From Octopus sinensis (taxonomy: Eukaryota): DNA of 64,000 nt. Where the stretch lies: contig NC_042998.1 of the NCBI RefSeq assembly GCF_006345805.1, positions 196,912,001 through 196,976,000 of the forward strand. Direction: 5' to 3'. Both the position numbers and the translations under genes were made by a program. The notes under the pieces were generated by a model. It searched no databases, was not told the origin of the DNA, and saw only the letters and a program-made list of their open reading frames with translations. Below are positions 11,790 through 24,285 of the stretch, piece after piece (position 1 is the first letter of the stretch; every line of letters begins with the position of its first letter).

Positions 11790-12030
11790 GACTGATCACA
11801 AATTACAGAGGTATCAAGCAGTTGGATCAGGTAATGAAGGTCACGGAGAGGATCACAGCCCAACTAATTAGGGAGAAAGTCAGTTTGGTTGAGATGCAGT
11901 TCGGGTTTTGTTCCGGGTAGAAGCACCACATATGCCATATTCCTGGTTCGACAATTGCAGGAGAAATACCTGGCTAAAGATAAACCCCTTTACTTAGCTT
12001 TTGTGGACTTGGAGAAAGCCGTAAACTCCT
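11790..12030 (+). mobile_element. RTE LINE reverse-transcriptase fragment
   Basis: NYRGIKQLDQVMKVTER...QFGF.PGRSTTYAIFLVRQLQEKYLAKDKPLYLAFVDLEKA across a frameshift. Confidence 0.85.
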
Positions 12031-12413
12031 TAAAAAGTTTACTGTGCCTTGTTGTGATTTCAGATTCAATCACAAGCACTCTGGTGTGAAACAGGAAGTG
12101 GTTCTTGCTTTATGTCAGGGTAACAAACGAGATATATCTTGTTACAAATGGGAGTGTATTAAAACAAAAATTATTTAAAAAATAACAATGAAATTATTGT
12201 ATACAGTGCTCAGGTGCACCATAACTTTTAGATTATAAAGAATCAAATGCATGTGCAAACACGAACACAGGTGTATATATATGTATATGTGCGTATGTGT
12301 GTATATACATATACATACAAAAAAGAATGCTTCTAAACATATGATGTATATATACACACACACACTTCCTTGTTCTGCTAACTTAATTAAACAGCTTAAC
12401 GAAGTAGGTGTGA

Positions 12414-12738
<325 letters not shown>

Positions 12739-13023
12739 AAAATTTACTTTAACTGATCTAGTAACCTGTTACTTTGGAATTTGCCCAAAGATGCAGCCGG
12801 ACGCATTCATACACGCACAACAGAGACAAAGAGATATTTCTCATCTTTTTAAATTATATATCTAGGTCACCTGTCTGGGGTGTGAAAGTCATAAGGTTAT
12901 AAAGAAAAATATAGACATGTATGTATGTATGCATGCATGTGTGAGTGTGAATGGACGTGCACACATACACAGATATATATACATCATACATGTATACACC
13001 TAAAAACAGGAAGAACCGAACTA

Positions 13024-13062
<39 letters not shown>

Positions 13063-13070
13063 TAATATTA

Positions 13071-13310
13071 AGGCGGCGAGCTGGCAGAAACGTTAGCACG
13101 CCGGGCAAAATGCGTAGCCGTATTTCCTCTGCTGCTACGTTCTGAGTTCAAATTCCGCTGAGGTCAACTTTGTCTTTCATCCTTTCGGGGTCGATAAATA
13201 AAGTACCAGTTACGCACTGGGGGGGGGGGGGGGGGGCAATGTAATCGACTTAATCCGTTTGTCTGTCCTTGTTTGTCCCCTCTGTGTTTAGCCCCTTGTG
13301 GGTAGTAAAG

Positions 13311-13315
<5 letters not shown>
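13071..13315 (+). mobile_element. SINE-C (tRNA-derived), full length
   Basis: Head aggcggcgagctggcagaaacgttagc; box-B-like gagttcaaattcc; tail gtaaagaaata. Family name is my label. Confidence 0.85.
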
Positions 13316-13353
<38 letters not shown>

Positions 13354-13362
13354 CATATATAC

Positions 13363-13580
13363 ATGTGGGGGTGCTGAAAAGTTCCTGGCCTTAAGGGTGT
13401 TGCAAAAGGCCTGGTTGCAGGCCCAACTTTCCAAGTTCTTTTACAGGGCTTAGAAAAACTGGAAGGACTGCTGCAATGAATGTATGACTCTGAGAAGGGG
13501 ATTATGTTGAATGAAACCAAGATTAACTGATCCTCTTGTAGTTTCTTTTACCCAAAGCCAGGAACTTTTCAGCACACCAC
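13363..13580. mobile_element. mariner-type MITE, same family as 7773-7990
   Basis: gtgctgaaaagttcctggcc ... aaagccaggaacttttcagcac; shared interior. Confidence 0.75.
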
Positions 13581-13749
13581 CCACTCACACACACACTCAT
13601 CTGTGGAAAGCAGACGTTAAACGATCATGATGATGATGATATATATATATCTATATCGTTTCCCACCTTTACCAAGCATTGAACTTATACATTCCATGTT
13701 CATGTCCTCTTGTTGTTTTGCTATTGTTCATGTTCGATTATTCTATATA

Positions 13750-14155
13750 TATCATCATCATCATTTAGCGTCCACTTTCCATGGGTTGGACGGTTCAACT
13801 GGGGTCTGTGAAGCCAGAAGGCTGCATCAGGCTCCAGTCTGATCTGGCAGTGTTTCTACGGCTGGATGCCCTTCCTAACGCCAACCACTCCGTGAGTGTA
13901 GTGGGTGCTTTTTACGTGCCACCCGCACAGGTGCCAGACGGAGCTGGCAAACGGCCACGGACGGATGGTGCTTTTATGTGCCACCGGCATGGGGGCCAGG
14001 TGAGACTGGCAACGGACACGAACAGATGGTGTTTTTACGTGCCAGTCAGGGCGGCGCTGGCAACGGCCACGATCAGATGGTTCGCTTAACCACAGTTGCA
14101 ATTTCCATTGATGTTGATCGACTTCGATTTTGGTTCTGCTTTCTGATATCTGAAT
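13750..14155 (-). mobile_element. SINE-B
   Basis: Family core + tail. Confidence 0.85.
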
Positions 14156-14857
14156 AACACTAGCAGTATCACCTGGCATTGCTTGGGTTTGTTTCAACCC
14201 TTTATAATTGGAATTTTTGAAAAGTAAAAATTCTGCATTATGTAGCTTGTTATTCTCTTTAAGTGAACATTTTTCTGGTTGAAATACACCGAAAAATGGT
14301 GACACAACAGTCAAAAAATTGTAAAAAAATAGGGATTTTCATAGAAAAAAAAGCACCATTTTGATGTAAATAATTTTTGGTGTTAACGTGGTCCGATTTG
14401 AATTTTATCTTCTAAGGAATGAAGAGCAAGCCTTCTTCTATCATACTCTCAATTTTGGTCAACTTGCGCTGCAGTGTCTCGAAGAAGATAGTGCTAGTTG
14501 AAGGCTACCAAACCTGCCATACACAGACAACTTGAGCTTTATATATATATATATATATATATTATATATTATAAAAGGGCTTAGTAAAATAAATTACTTT
14601 GCCGCATACTGAACTCATTAGAAATAGCAGCTAAAAAAAACTTTTTTAAAACTATTTCCAATACTTAAAGAAAACCTCTCTCATATAGTGCTTATATATA
14701 GTAATATAATAATAAGAGTAAATAATTTCTATAATGGTTTTTCAAAAAAGACCACAATTATTTACTGGTAGAATTCGGTATGCAAATATAGCCGATTAAT
14801 GGTAGGAACTTCTGTAAAGTTCAGTATATATATATATATATATAAGAAAAAAGGGAC

Positions 14858-14985
14858 AGGCAACAGGTTGCTTGACTGCATACCGAAAGAGTAGAAATAG
14901 CAGTCAAGAATGCTTGAAAATAGAAATAAGCATTCTTGACTGCTATTTCTACTTTTTCGGTATGCGGTCAAGCAACCTGTTGCCT
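14858..14985. repeat. 128-bp hairpin: 58-bp arms, 12-nt loop, flanked by (TA)n
   Basis: Arms differ at two positions only. Confidence 0.95.
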
Positions 14986-15424
14986 CTTATATATATATAT
15001 ATATACACATATATATACACACACACATACATAAAGAGCGAGAGAGAAGGGGGGGTGAGAGGGATGAAATATTATACTTTCTCTTTGTTCTATGTAATGA
15101 ATCTATTGGCTCCCAGCCTGAATTCTTAATATCTCTTGTATTTATATAACTATTGTTAACACTACCTCCATCACATGCCACTATCACAGGTATATATATA
15201 ATTAACTCGCAAAGATAATGTCAAGTAAGGTGGAGGCAAGGCTGTGAGGTACAGGTGTAGCTGTGTGGTTGAGGAACTTGCTTTCGAACCATGTAGCTCC
15301 AGGTTCAGTCCCGCTGTGTGGCACCTCGTAAAAGTGTCTTCTATTGAAGCCTCGCGAATGCATTTGGTAGATGGAAACTGAAAGAAGCCCATTGTATACC
15401 ATCATCATTTAATGTCTATTTTCC

Positions 15425-15778
15425 CTGTTGGTAATGGGTTGAATGATCCAACAGGATCTGTTTGACACTCAGTTATGATGATGAGGGTTCCAGTTGATCC
15501 GATCGATGGAACAGACTGCTCGTGAAATTATCATGCAAGCGGCTGAGTACTCCACAGACAGGCATACTAGTAACATATTTTCGGGGCGAGTCACTGTGAC
15601 ATGGAGTGTGACAAGGTTGGCCCTTTGAAATACAGGTACTACTCATTTTTGCTAGCTGAGTGGACTGGAGCAACATGAAGTAAAGTGCCTTGTCCAAGCA
15701 CACGTGTGCCATGTCCCAAACTTACACCCTTATGATCTTCGGCCAAATACCCTAACCCCTTAGCTATACGCCTTCACA
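15425..15778 (-). mobile_element. SINE-D, diverged
   Basis: Aligns with 16563-16888. Confidence 0.7.
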
Positions 15779-15857
15779 TGACAGTACAGGATCTGATTGG
15801 CTGAAGGACTTTGTTGAACTTCAGTGTCAGCTGGGCATGGTTCCTACAGCTATGTAC

Positions 15858-15891
<34 letters not shown>

Positions 15892-16562
15892 ATGTGTGTG
15901 TGTGTGCGCGCATGTGTGTGTGCCTCTCTCGTCTTGACATCATGTGATGGTTGTAAATGAGTTTCCCTGTCCTACAAGCAATGTCGTTTGATTCCAGTTT
16001 TCTGTAAAATATCAGGCCAGTTGTGTTTTAACTTGGATGTTGTTTTAATTTCTAAGTTCCACTAAATATTCTTTGGAGTCTAAATATAATGAACATTATC
16101 TGTTGGTAATTTCCGTCCTCTTACTCTGTTCCGGATTGTTCAGGCCATTGCATCATAATTAATGAGAAGATTATAGAAGATACTGTTTGCGCGAGCGTGT
16201 GCTTGGGTACGTGTATGTGAATGTACGTATGGATAGATGGATGTGTGTGTGTGTGTGTGCCCCTCTCATCTTGACATCATGTGATGGTTGTAAATGAGTG
16301 TCACTGTCATACAAGCAGTGTCGTTTGTTTCCAGTTTTCTGTAAAAAAGAAAGATAAAAAACACGTCTGCTTATGGGAAACGGGAGAAAACGGGCCTCAG
16401 GCTGTAGAACCTCTGTCTCAAAAAACTTTGTCTGACCCATGCAACTTGGGAAAAGTAGATGATAAGAGGAAGAAAACGCAGTTACAGGATCTATTAGGTC
16501 ACCGCTATTAACGTTCCTACTAATATTACTACTATTTGTATGTGTATGTATCCAGATATATA

Positions 16563-16888
16563 GGAGCACTCCGTCGGTTACGACGATGAGGGTCCCAGCT
16601 GATACGATCAACGGAACAGCTTGCTCGTGGAATTAACGTGCAAGTGACTGAGCAATCCACAGACACAAGTACCCTTAATGTAGTTCTCAGGGAGATTCAG
16701 CGTGACACAGAGTGTGACAAGGCCGGCCCTTTGAAATACAGGTACAACTCATTTTTGCCAGCTGAGTGGACTGGAGCAACGTGGAATAAAGTGTCTTGCT
16801 CAAGGACACAACGCATCGCCAGGAATCGAACTCACGACCTTACAATCGTCAGCCGAATGCCCTAACCCCTAAGCCACGCGCCTTCACT
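16563..16888 (-). mobile_element. SINE-D (tRNA-derived head with conserved central gtgtccttgagcaagacac domain)
   Basis: Minus strand: gtgaaggcgcgtggcttagggg...gtcgtgagttcgattcc (box A/B). Family name is my label. Confidence 0.8.
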
Positions 16889-16997
16889 TGTATCCAGATA
16901 TATACATACAGGGGTTGGACAAAATAATGGAAACACCTAGCATCACAGCATCATAATTTTGAAATATCTATAAAACTATCAACGTATCTCACCTCCA

Positions 16998-17114
16998 AAG
17001 ATTTGGCTGCTATTTCCAGCATACCCTGCTGCCATGTAACAGCTATTTGCAATAAAGGATCCAAAATACTTGTTATGTGGTAGCAGGCTGTGCAAGAAAT
17101 AGCAGCCAAATCTT
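16998..17114. mobile_element. Small MITE with AAGATTTGGCTGCTATTTC TIRs
   Basis: 19-bp perfect inverted termini. Related half-sites at about 85, 44360, 46765 and 60585. Confidence 0.7.
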
Positions 17115-17214
17115 TCCTTTTCCAGGGAAAGGAGCCGTTTACACATGATTTTGATGTCACATTTATTGAAAACACGTGAAATAACATGGAAAAGAAAAAA
17201 AAAACCCACAAAGC

Positions 17215-17612
17215 AAAACTCCGTTGCTGGGAAACTCAGACTTCCCTGGTGACCATACGGGTCATGGGTAGTCTAGTTAGTGTTTGTTTGTTTGACTGTG
17301 GACAAGATATCTCAAGAACTGCTGCATGGATCTGGATGAAACTTTCAGGGATGTTTGGCCTCGTAACTGGCACAGACTGATTTGATTTTGGGATCGATCA
17401 GGTACCGGACAAGGATTCTGGATTATTTGTCTGGTTTTTTTTTTACTTAATTTTGATTGAGAGTGGTCAGGTTCATTTTTAGTATTCTCGTTTGTGAGAG
17501 CAGTCGAGTTAATTTCAGATATTCTCATTTTAAAATCATCTCTGGCTAATCATTGCGAGGACATTGGTGTTGCTTTGGTGGATGTTTGAGCTCTTTGAGT
17601 GCTCTTGTCTAT
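17215..17612 (+). mobile_element. Helitron-like non-autonomous element
   Basis: (GTTT)n tract, caagatatctcaagaact...gaaactttcagg block, 3' ggtggatgtttgagctctttgagtgct..CTA(T) resembling Helitron ends. Confidence 0.5.
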
Positions 17613-17929
17613 TATTGCTATTGTAAGTGTAGTCAAGGTGATAAGCTGGCACAGTCATTACGATGCTGGATAAAATGTTTAACAATATTTCTTCTGACTT
17701 TACATTCTAAGTTCAAATGCCACCAATGCTGACTTTAGCCTTCATCCTTTCAGGGTCAATAAAATAAGAACCAGTTGAGCATTAGGGTCAATGTAATTGA
17801 TTACCCACTTCCCACTTCCCACAAAATTTCAGGTCTTCTGATTATAACAGAAAGAATTATTATAAGCACATGTTTCATGATTCAATGTGTTATATGTGCA
17901 ACACTGATTCTTATATATTTATATATTGT

Positions 17930-18215
17930 TGGCCATTGCCAGCGCCGCCCCGACTGGCCTCCGTGCCGGTGGCATGTAAAAGGCACCATCCAATCGTGGC
18001 CGTTTGCCAGCCTCGTCTGGCACCTGTGCAGGTGGCACGTAAAAAGCACCCACTACACTCTCGGAGTGGTTGGCGTTAGGAAGGGCATCCAGCTGTAAAA
18101 ACACTGCCAGATCAGACTGGGCCTGGTGCAGCCCCCTGGCTTCCCAGACCCCAGTTGAACTGTCCAACCCATGCTAGCATCGAAAACGGATGTTAACTGA
18201 TGATGATGATGATGA
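17930..18215 (+). mobile_element. SINE-B
   Basis: Family core + tail. Confidence 0.85.
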
Positions 18216-18538
18216 TATTATTATATTTCTAAACGTCGGGCTTTATGTCTCTTCTGTAGATATAAATGAATATATGAATATATGTATGTGTTTGATCTTT
18301 CTGTGGATTTTGTAATGTTCTTTTAGTTGCTGCTCGCATTGCCTCCCCTCGGATTAATAAGTGGTATAAGCACACTTATTGTGATGGGAGACATAGTTAA
18401 AGACACCATATATTGAATAGAAGATGTGTAATACAGGATATGACTCTGGCAGCCTCAAAAGGGGGCTAAAGCTATGTTGCATGTTAGGGAAGTGAATCAG
18501 GATAAATATCGTGTAGTTGGTGTTAGTGTGAGGGTATC

Positions 18539-18856
18539 TCTTTTACTCTTTTACTTGTTTCAGTCATTTGACTGTGGCCATGCTGGAGCACCGCCTTTAG
18601 TCGAGCAAATCGACCCCGGGACTTATTCTTTGTAAGCCCAGCACTTATTCTATTGGTCTCTTTTGCCGAACCGCTAAGTGACGGGGACGTAAACACACCA
18701 GCATCGGTTGTCAAGCAATGCTAGGGGGACAAACACAGACACACAAATACACACACACATACATATATATATATACATATTTACGACAGGCTTCTTTCAG
18801 TTTCTGTCTACCAAATCCACTCACAAGGCATTGGTTGGCCCGGGGCTATAGCAGAA
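18539..18856 (-). mobile_element. SINE-A, 5'-truncated
   Basis: Family match. Confidence 0.85.
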
Positions 18857-19357
18857 AGGGTAAATCAACATGCATGGTAATATGGTGGTCAGTCTGAAAT
18901 GGCAAGTATTCAATGAGAGAAAAGGGAGAAATGAAAGATATACAAGCATATTAGCAAAGAAGTTTAAATATTTACATTTGAGAAGCTTTGGAGATAAGTT
19001 CGTTGAAGTAGCAAATTAAGGTGGAATTTATTTTATTGTCATGAGAGAGCTCAAGTTTTTGTGTATTTGATTTTGGGAAAAAATCATTAGTTTAAATACC
19101 CAGCCAACATATCTGAGTATATAAGTGGAGATAGGAGAGAAAGGGACATCAAATAATTTAAGCAAACAGATTTTAAGGGACGTAAAAGTAACTTCAAAAA
19201 GTCCATACCTAATGTGTGTGTGTAGGGAAGAGTGAGTTACATACACACATATATACACAAATATACAGGCATGAACTGTGTCAAGAAGTTTGCTTCACAA
19301 ACAGGTGTGTGCATGTGTGTGTGTGTGTGTGTTACTGTCTCCCTGCTTTGACCTTGG

Positions 19358-19602
19358 ATCATCATCATCATTTAACGTCCGCTTTCCATGCTAGCATGGG
19401 TTGGACGGTTCAACTGGGGTCTGTGAAGCCAGAAGGCTGCATCAGGCCCAGTCTGATCTGGCAATGTTTCTACGGCTTGATGCCCTTCCTAACGCCAACC
19501 ACTCCGTGAGTGTAGTGGGTGCTTTTTATGTGCCACCCACACAGGTGCCAGATGGAGCTGGCAAACGGCCTCGGACGGATGGTGCTTTTTACGCGCCACC
19601 GG
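19358..19602 (-). mobile_element. SINE-B
   Basis: Family core + tail. Confidence 0.85.
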
Positions 19603-20339
19603 ATGATAGTTATAAATAAGTGTTACCATCATGAAAGTAGTGTTCATTTCCAATCTTCCAAGAAAACATGTCTGTTCATGGGGGAAATATCGCCTTACTT
19701 GGAAACAGGTGAAGGATTGGTGACAGGAAGTGCATTGGGCCATAGAAAAATCTATTCAACAAATTCTCTCTGACCCATGCGGGTATATGTGTGTGTGTGT
19801 GGGGGGGTGTATACACACACACACACACACACATATACCCGCATGGGCCACAAAAGAAATCTGGAGTTGAATTTGTTTGCTTGGGTTTTGGAAAGAGGGT
19901 GCTTTGGGAGGGGTTATTTCTTTGTTATTTTGAATGTGTGTGTGTGTGTGGGGGGGGGGTGTTTGGTGAATTTTTAAACAAGGAAAAAGAAAGAAAGAAA
20001 AACCCCTTTCCTTCCTTTCTTTGGGACTCTGATTGACAGGTCATCTGGGAAGGACTGGAGGATGTATCAACAAATAGTGAATGCAGCAACAACTCATGTT
20101 CCCATATCTAATCTAGAACTTAGCAAATGTAGAATAAGTGTAGGGAGTAATTCCATACTATATACCTAGTGCAAACTACGGACACCTAAGAGGTGCAGGA
20201 AAATCACAGGAAGGTTGATGGGGTTAAGTAGACTTTGTATATGGTTGATAAGTAACACTAGGACACATGGGAAACAACTTTCCTTGAATGCTCTTGGGGG
20301 GTTCCTTAGAGATAATATATAGCTTCTGTTACCTTGGTG

Positions 20340-20658
20340 ACCGAATTGGCAATAGAGGAGGACATTCTGAAAGTATAGTTGCTAGAATAAGAACTGGCTG
20401 AAGAAAGTTCAGGGAGATATTAGCTCTGCTGGTAAACGAAAGGCCTCTCCCAATCAGGGAGGAAGCCAGATTGTATGACGCTTGTGTACAGACAACAATG
20501 CCATGTGGCAGTGAATTATGGACTGCAAATGCAGATGACATGTGGAGAATAGAAAGAAATGAAGCCAGCATAGTCTGTTGGATATACAATATCAGAGTGT
20601 ACGAAAGACCAAGTGCAAATGTTTTAAGAGAAGAACTGGGCATAAGAGGCATCAGATA
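20340..20658 (+). mobile_element. RTE LINE C-terminal ORF fragment
   Basis: RLYDACVQTTMPCGSELW...ERNEASIVCWIYNI...VLREELGIRGIR. Confidence 0.8.
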
Positions 20659-20828
20659 AATGAGGGTTGGCTGAAAGGTTCATAGGCTGACTATGAATGA
20701 GTGAGGCTAGAGCTGTGGACTCTAACATGCATTAATTTCAACTCTTCTTATTAATAACTGCATTATTTCTTTCCAGGTAAACTGACATCTGATTGTTTAA
20801 AGGATACTTCAAAAGTAACTAGTGGTGA

Positions 20829-21168
20829 GATAGTGGTTGTATACTGTCAACTCAACGTGACAGTCCCGTAAAGGGAATCACACCGCTATTTAGCCCTAGG
20901 AAGTATCGATGCTTCCTGTCAACTTTGACACATTTCCTGTGCCCTTATATTTGCAAAAGGGAGGCAAGCACCCCCAACAGCTAGGATTAGCACCTGAAGA
21001 CATGCATGTTTCTGAGCCTTGCTCATCATCAGTCCAGGGTAGCAAGTCCTGCTAGCTGAGATGGCTGCAACCACTTTGCAAATATATAGTATTTTCAGTG
21101 AAATTTATTCACTGATCACCAAAATTAGAAATATTGAATTTCTAAATTTAGAAATTCAATATTTCTAA
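20829..21168 (-). mobile_element. 340-bp hammerhead-bearing insertion (Penelope-like non-autonomous element) inside a mariner
   Basis: 13-bp TSD TAACTAGTGGTGA at 20816-20828 and 21169-21181; perfect 44-bp palindrome 21125-21168 at one end; shares motifs with arms of the 8911-9345 palindrome. Confidence 0.75.
20993..21038 (-). ncRNA. Minimal type I hammerhead ribozyme, apparently intact
   Basis: Minus strand: CCUGGA CUGAUGA UGAGC-AAG-GCUCA GAAAC AUGCAU GUC|UUCAGG. Complete core, 6-bp stem I, 5-bp stem II, palindromic stem III (ACAUGCAUGU), GUC cleavage triplet. Confidence 0.85.
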
Positions 21169-22119
21169 TAACTAGTGGTGACTTCTCTTGAAAATGGAGA
21201 AAACTTGGCATCATGGTGTTATCAAGTACCTACAGAAAAAGGGCTTAGCCTCCAATGACATTCATGCTGACATGCTTGCTACACTAGGGGGTGGGGGTAA
21301 TGCTAAAACTTTAACAACAGAGAAAAGTGGGCTGCTGAATTTAGTAGGGGAAGGGTGAGTGTTGAAGATGACCCAAGGTCTCAACATCCTACAACTGACA
21401 CCACTGAGGAAAACTTTTGATCGTGTTCACCACATGGTAATGGATGATAGGTCATTGACTAGAAACCAAATGGCCAATGCTGTTAGCATATCCTGTGTGA
21501 GAACTGAAAATATTCTGCACAACAAACTCGGCATCATGAAGGTTTCTGTTTGATGGATATCACATCAGATACCTGATCAAAAGCACACCAGGCTGGATGA
21601 CATCACAGGAAAATCTGATCCAGGTAGTTTCCTTGAACATTTCCGAAGCCAGGATATGTGTTGGCTTCAACATTTTGAGCCAGTGACAAAGAGACAATTA
21701 ATGCAGAGGCAACACTCCTCCTCCTCACAGCTCTAAAGAAGACCAAAGTTGTTTCATCTGCAAGGAGGGTGATAGCCTCAGATTTCTGGGATGCAAAAGG
21801 CATTTTGTTTATTGACTATTTTCAGAAGGCTATCAAAGACCAAACACCCAGGAAAACTGATGAAAGGGGTCTTGACAATGCTCCAGGTTGGAAGTCCCTG
21901 GTTTCAATGGCTGCTGTGAATTGACTGTGGCTTTGAACTGGTTGATCAATCTCCCTGATTTAGCCCCATCTGACTATCATCTGTTCCCCAAAATGAAAAA
22001 AACCCCACTTGGTTTGGAACTAGTGTCACAATGACAATGATCTCATATCTTCTGTTGCTACCAGTCACTTTTGAAGTATTCTTTGAACAGTCAGATATTA
22101 GTTTACCTGGTGAGATATA

Positions 22120-22354
22120 TGTATTTCTTTACTACCCACAAGGGGTTAAACACAGAGGAGACAAATAAGTACAGACAAACGGATTAAGTCGATTACATCG
22201 ACCTCAGTGCCTAACTGGTACTTATTTAATCGACTCCGAAAGGATGAAAGGCAAAGTCAACCTCGGCGGAATTTGAACTCAGAACGTAACGGCAGACGAA
22301 ATACGGCTTACGCATTTCGCCCTGCGTGCTAACGTTTCTGCCAGCTCGCCGCCT
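22120..22354 (-). mobile_element. SINE-C inserted in the mariner right TIR
   Basis: 17-bp TSD ttacctggt(g/a)agatata at 22103-22119 and 22366-22382. Confidence 0.85.
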
Positions 22355-22764
22355 AATATTATATCTTACCTGGTAAGATATAATGCAGTCATTAAAAAGA
22401 AGAGCTGAAATTAATGCATGCAAGATTTCACAGCTCTAGCATCGTTCCTTCATGATCAGCCTGGGAAATCTTCAGTGGTTTTGTCATGTGGTGTGTATGA
22501 ATGAGCACAGCTGCCAATCATTGAATGTGGATGGCACCTCTGAAAGAGGGAAACCTAGGAAGATATAGGATGAAATAGAGGAGACTTACATCAGATTGTT
22601 GAGCTCCATGGAGGAGATAACAAAGGACCTAAATGATTGGTGACTTTCTGTGCTCAAGAAGATCCATCCTTTCAGCACAAAATGAGATCTTAAAAGCACA
22701 TCAACCAAGAAAGACAATGCTTCCATGAAGAGATCTAATAAGAATGAAACATGCTCAGACTTAC

Positions 22765-22974
22765 TCTTTACTCTTTTACTTGTTTCAGTCATTTGACTGT
22801 GGCCATGCTGGAGCACCGCCTTTAGTCGAGCAAATCGACCACAGGACTTATTCTTTTGTAAGCCCAGTACTTATTCTATCGGTTTTTTTTGCCGAACCGC
22901 TAAGTAATGGGGACATAAACACACCAGCATCGGTTGTCAAGCAATACTAGGGGACAAACACAGACACACACACG

Positions 22975-23015
<41 letters not shown>

Positions 23016-23178
23016 GACGGGCTTCTTTCAGTTTCCGTCTACCAAATCCACTCACAAGGCTTTGGTCGGCCCGAGGCTATAGTAGAAGACACTTGCCCAA
23101 GGTGCCACGCAGTGGGACTGAACCCGGAACCATGTGCTTGGTAAACAAGCTACTTACCACACAGCCACTCCTGCGCCT
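22765..23178 (-). mobile_element. SINE-A full length
   Basis: Family match. Confidence 0.85.
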
Positions 23179-23970
23179 TGTTACTATGTTTGTTGATAAA
23201 TGTAGTATTTGCTTCTTTACTGATGTACATTTGTTTTCTCTCTCCACCTCACTACATACATAAGTCTAGTTTTAATCACCTCAGATTTTTTAATTTGTCC
23301 AGATCAAATTTAAGCACCAGTCCAATGCTTACCTCCCCTTAATACAGGGAGACTCTGACTGAAGAAAGTTTTTTCTGTATCAATGCTTATGTAACAAATA
23401 CTAAGTACTGTTTTACACACACACAAGTACACAAACATACAACTACATACATAAACACATAAGCACACATATACACACACAGGTGCTAATGAGCTTTTTA
23501 ATTCATTAGATTATCTAATACTAGCAAATGCTCCTCTGTCCATTGGACAGTGTAAGTTTGTGATAGGACTGGAGTCTAAAATAGTGTAATTCTGCTTCTG
23601 TCTGCTTGTTGAGCAATCTGTGATGCTCTGGTGATCGAAGGAGGAGCAGCACTGCGACCATGCCAGAGTTCTGTGATGCTCTGGTGACTGCTGTAGAAGC
23701 TGCTTTGCGAGCACACCAGAGTTCTGCTCATTGAGCTGTCTGTGATGCTCTGGTGATTGAAGTTGAAACAGTATCACAAGCATGCCAAAGTCCATATTGT
23801 TCTTCTGTCCTGCTTGCCCACAAGGAATGCAAAACAAGCATTTTTTGTTTTTCTGCCAATGTAACTCTTGCTTTTTTGAAGCATCCTATCAAAAATCTCT
23901 AATTGAGTGAATCTTTCAAAAATCAATTAAATTTACCTTCTTGCTGTTTGCAAGCACTCATCATAATCAT

Positions 23971-24285
23971 CATCATCATTTAACGTCCGCTTTCCATGCT
24001 AGCATGGGTTGGATGATTTGACTGAGGTCTGGCGAACCAGACTCCAATCTAATCTGGCAGAGTTTCTACAGCTGGATGCCCTTCCTAATGCCAACCACTC
24101 CGAGAGTGTAGTGGGCGCTTTTACATGCCACCGGCACGAGGGCCAGTTTGGTGGTACTGGCAATAGCCATTCCCAAATGGTGCATTTTACGTGCCACCTG
24201 TACAGGAGCCAATCCAGTGGCAGTAGCGACGACCTCGCTTGAATGTTTCACGTGCCACCAGCACAAGTGCTAGTAAGGCGACGCG
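23971..24285 (-). mobile_element. SINE-B
   Basis: Family core + tail. Confidence 0.85.

Larger units (their letters stand above)
20660..22488 (+). mobile_element. Decayed mariner transposon with long (about 170 bp) inverted termini, interrupted by two insertions
   Basis: Frameshifted transposase remnant (GVIKYLQKKGLA..., DRVHHMVMDDRSLT.NQMANAVSIS..RTENILHNKLG). 20665-20830 is the reverse complement of 22058-22120 plus 22370-22488. Confidence 0.8.
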
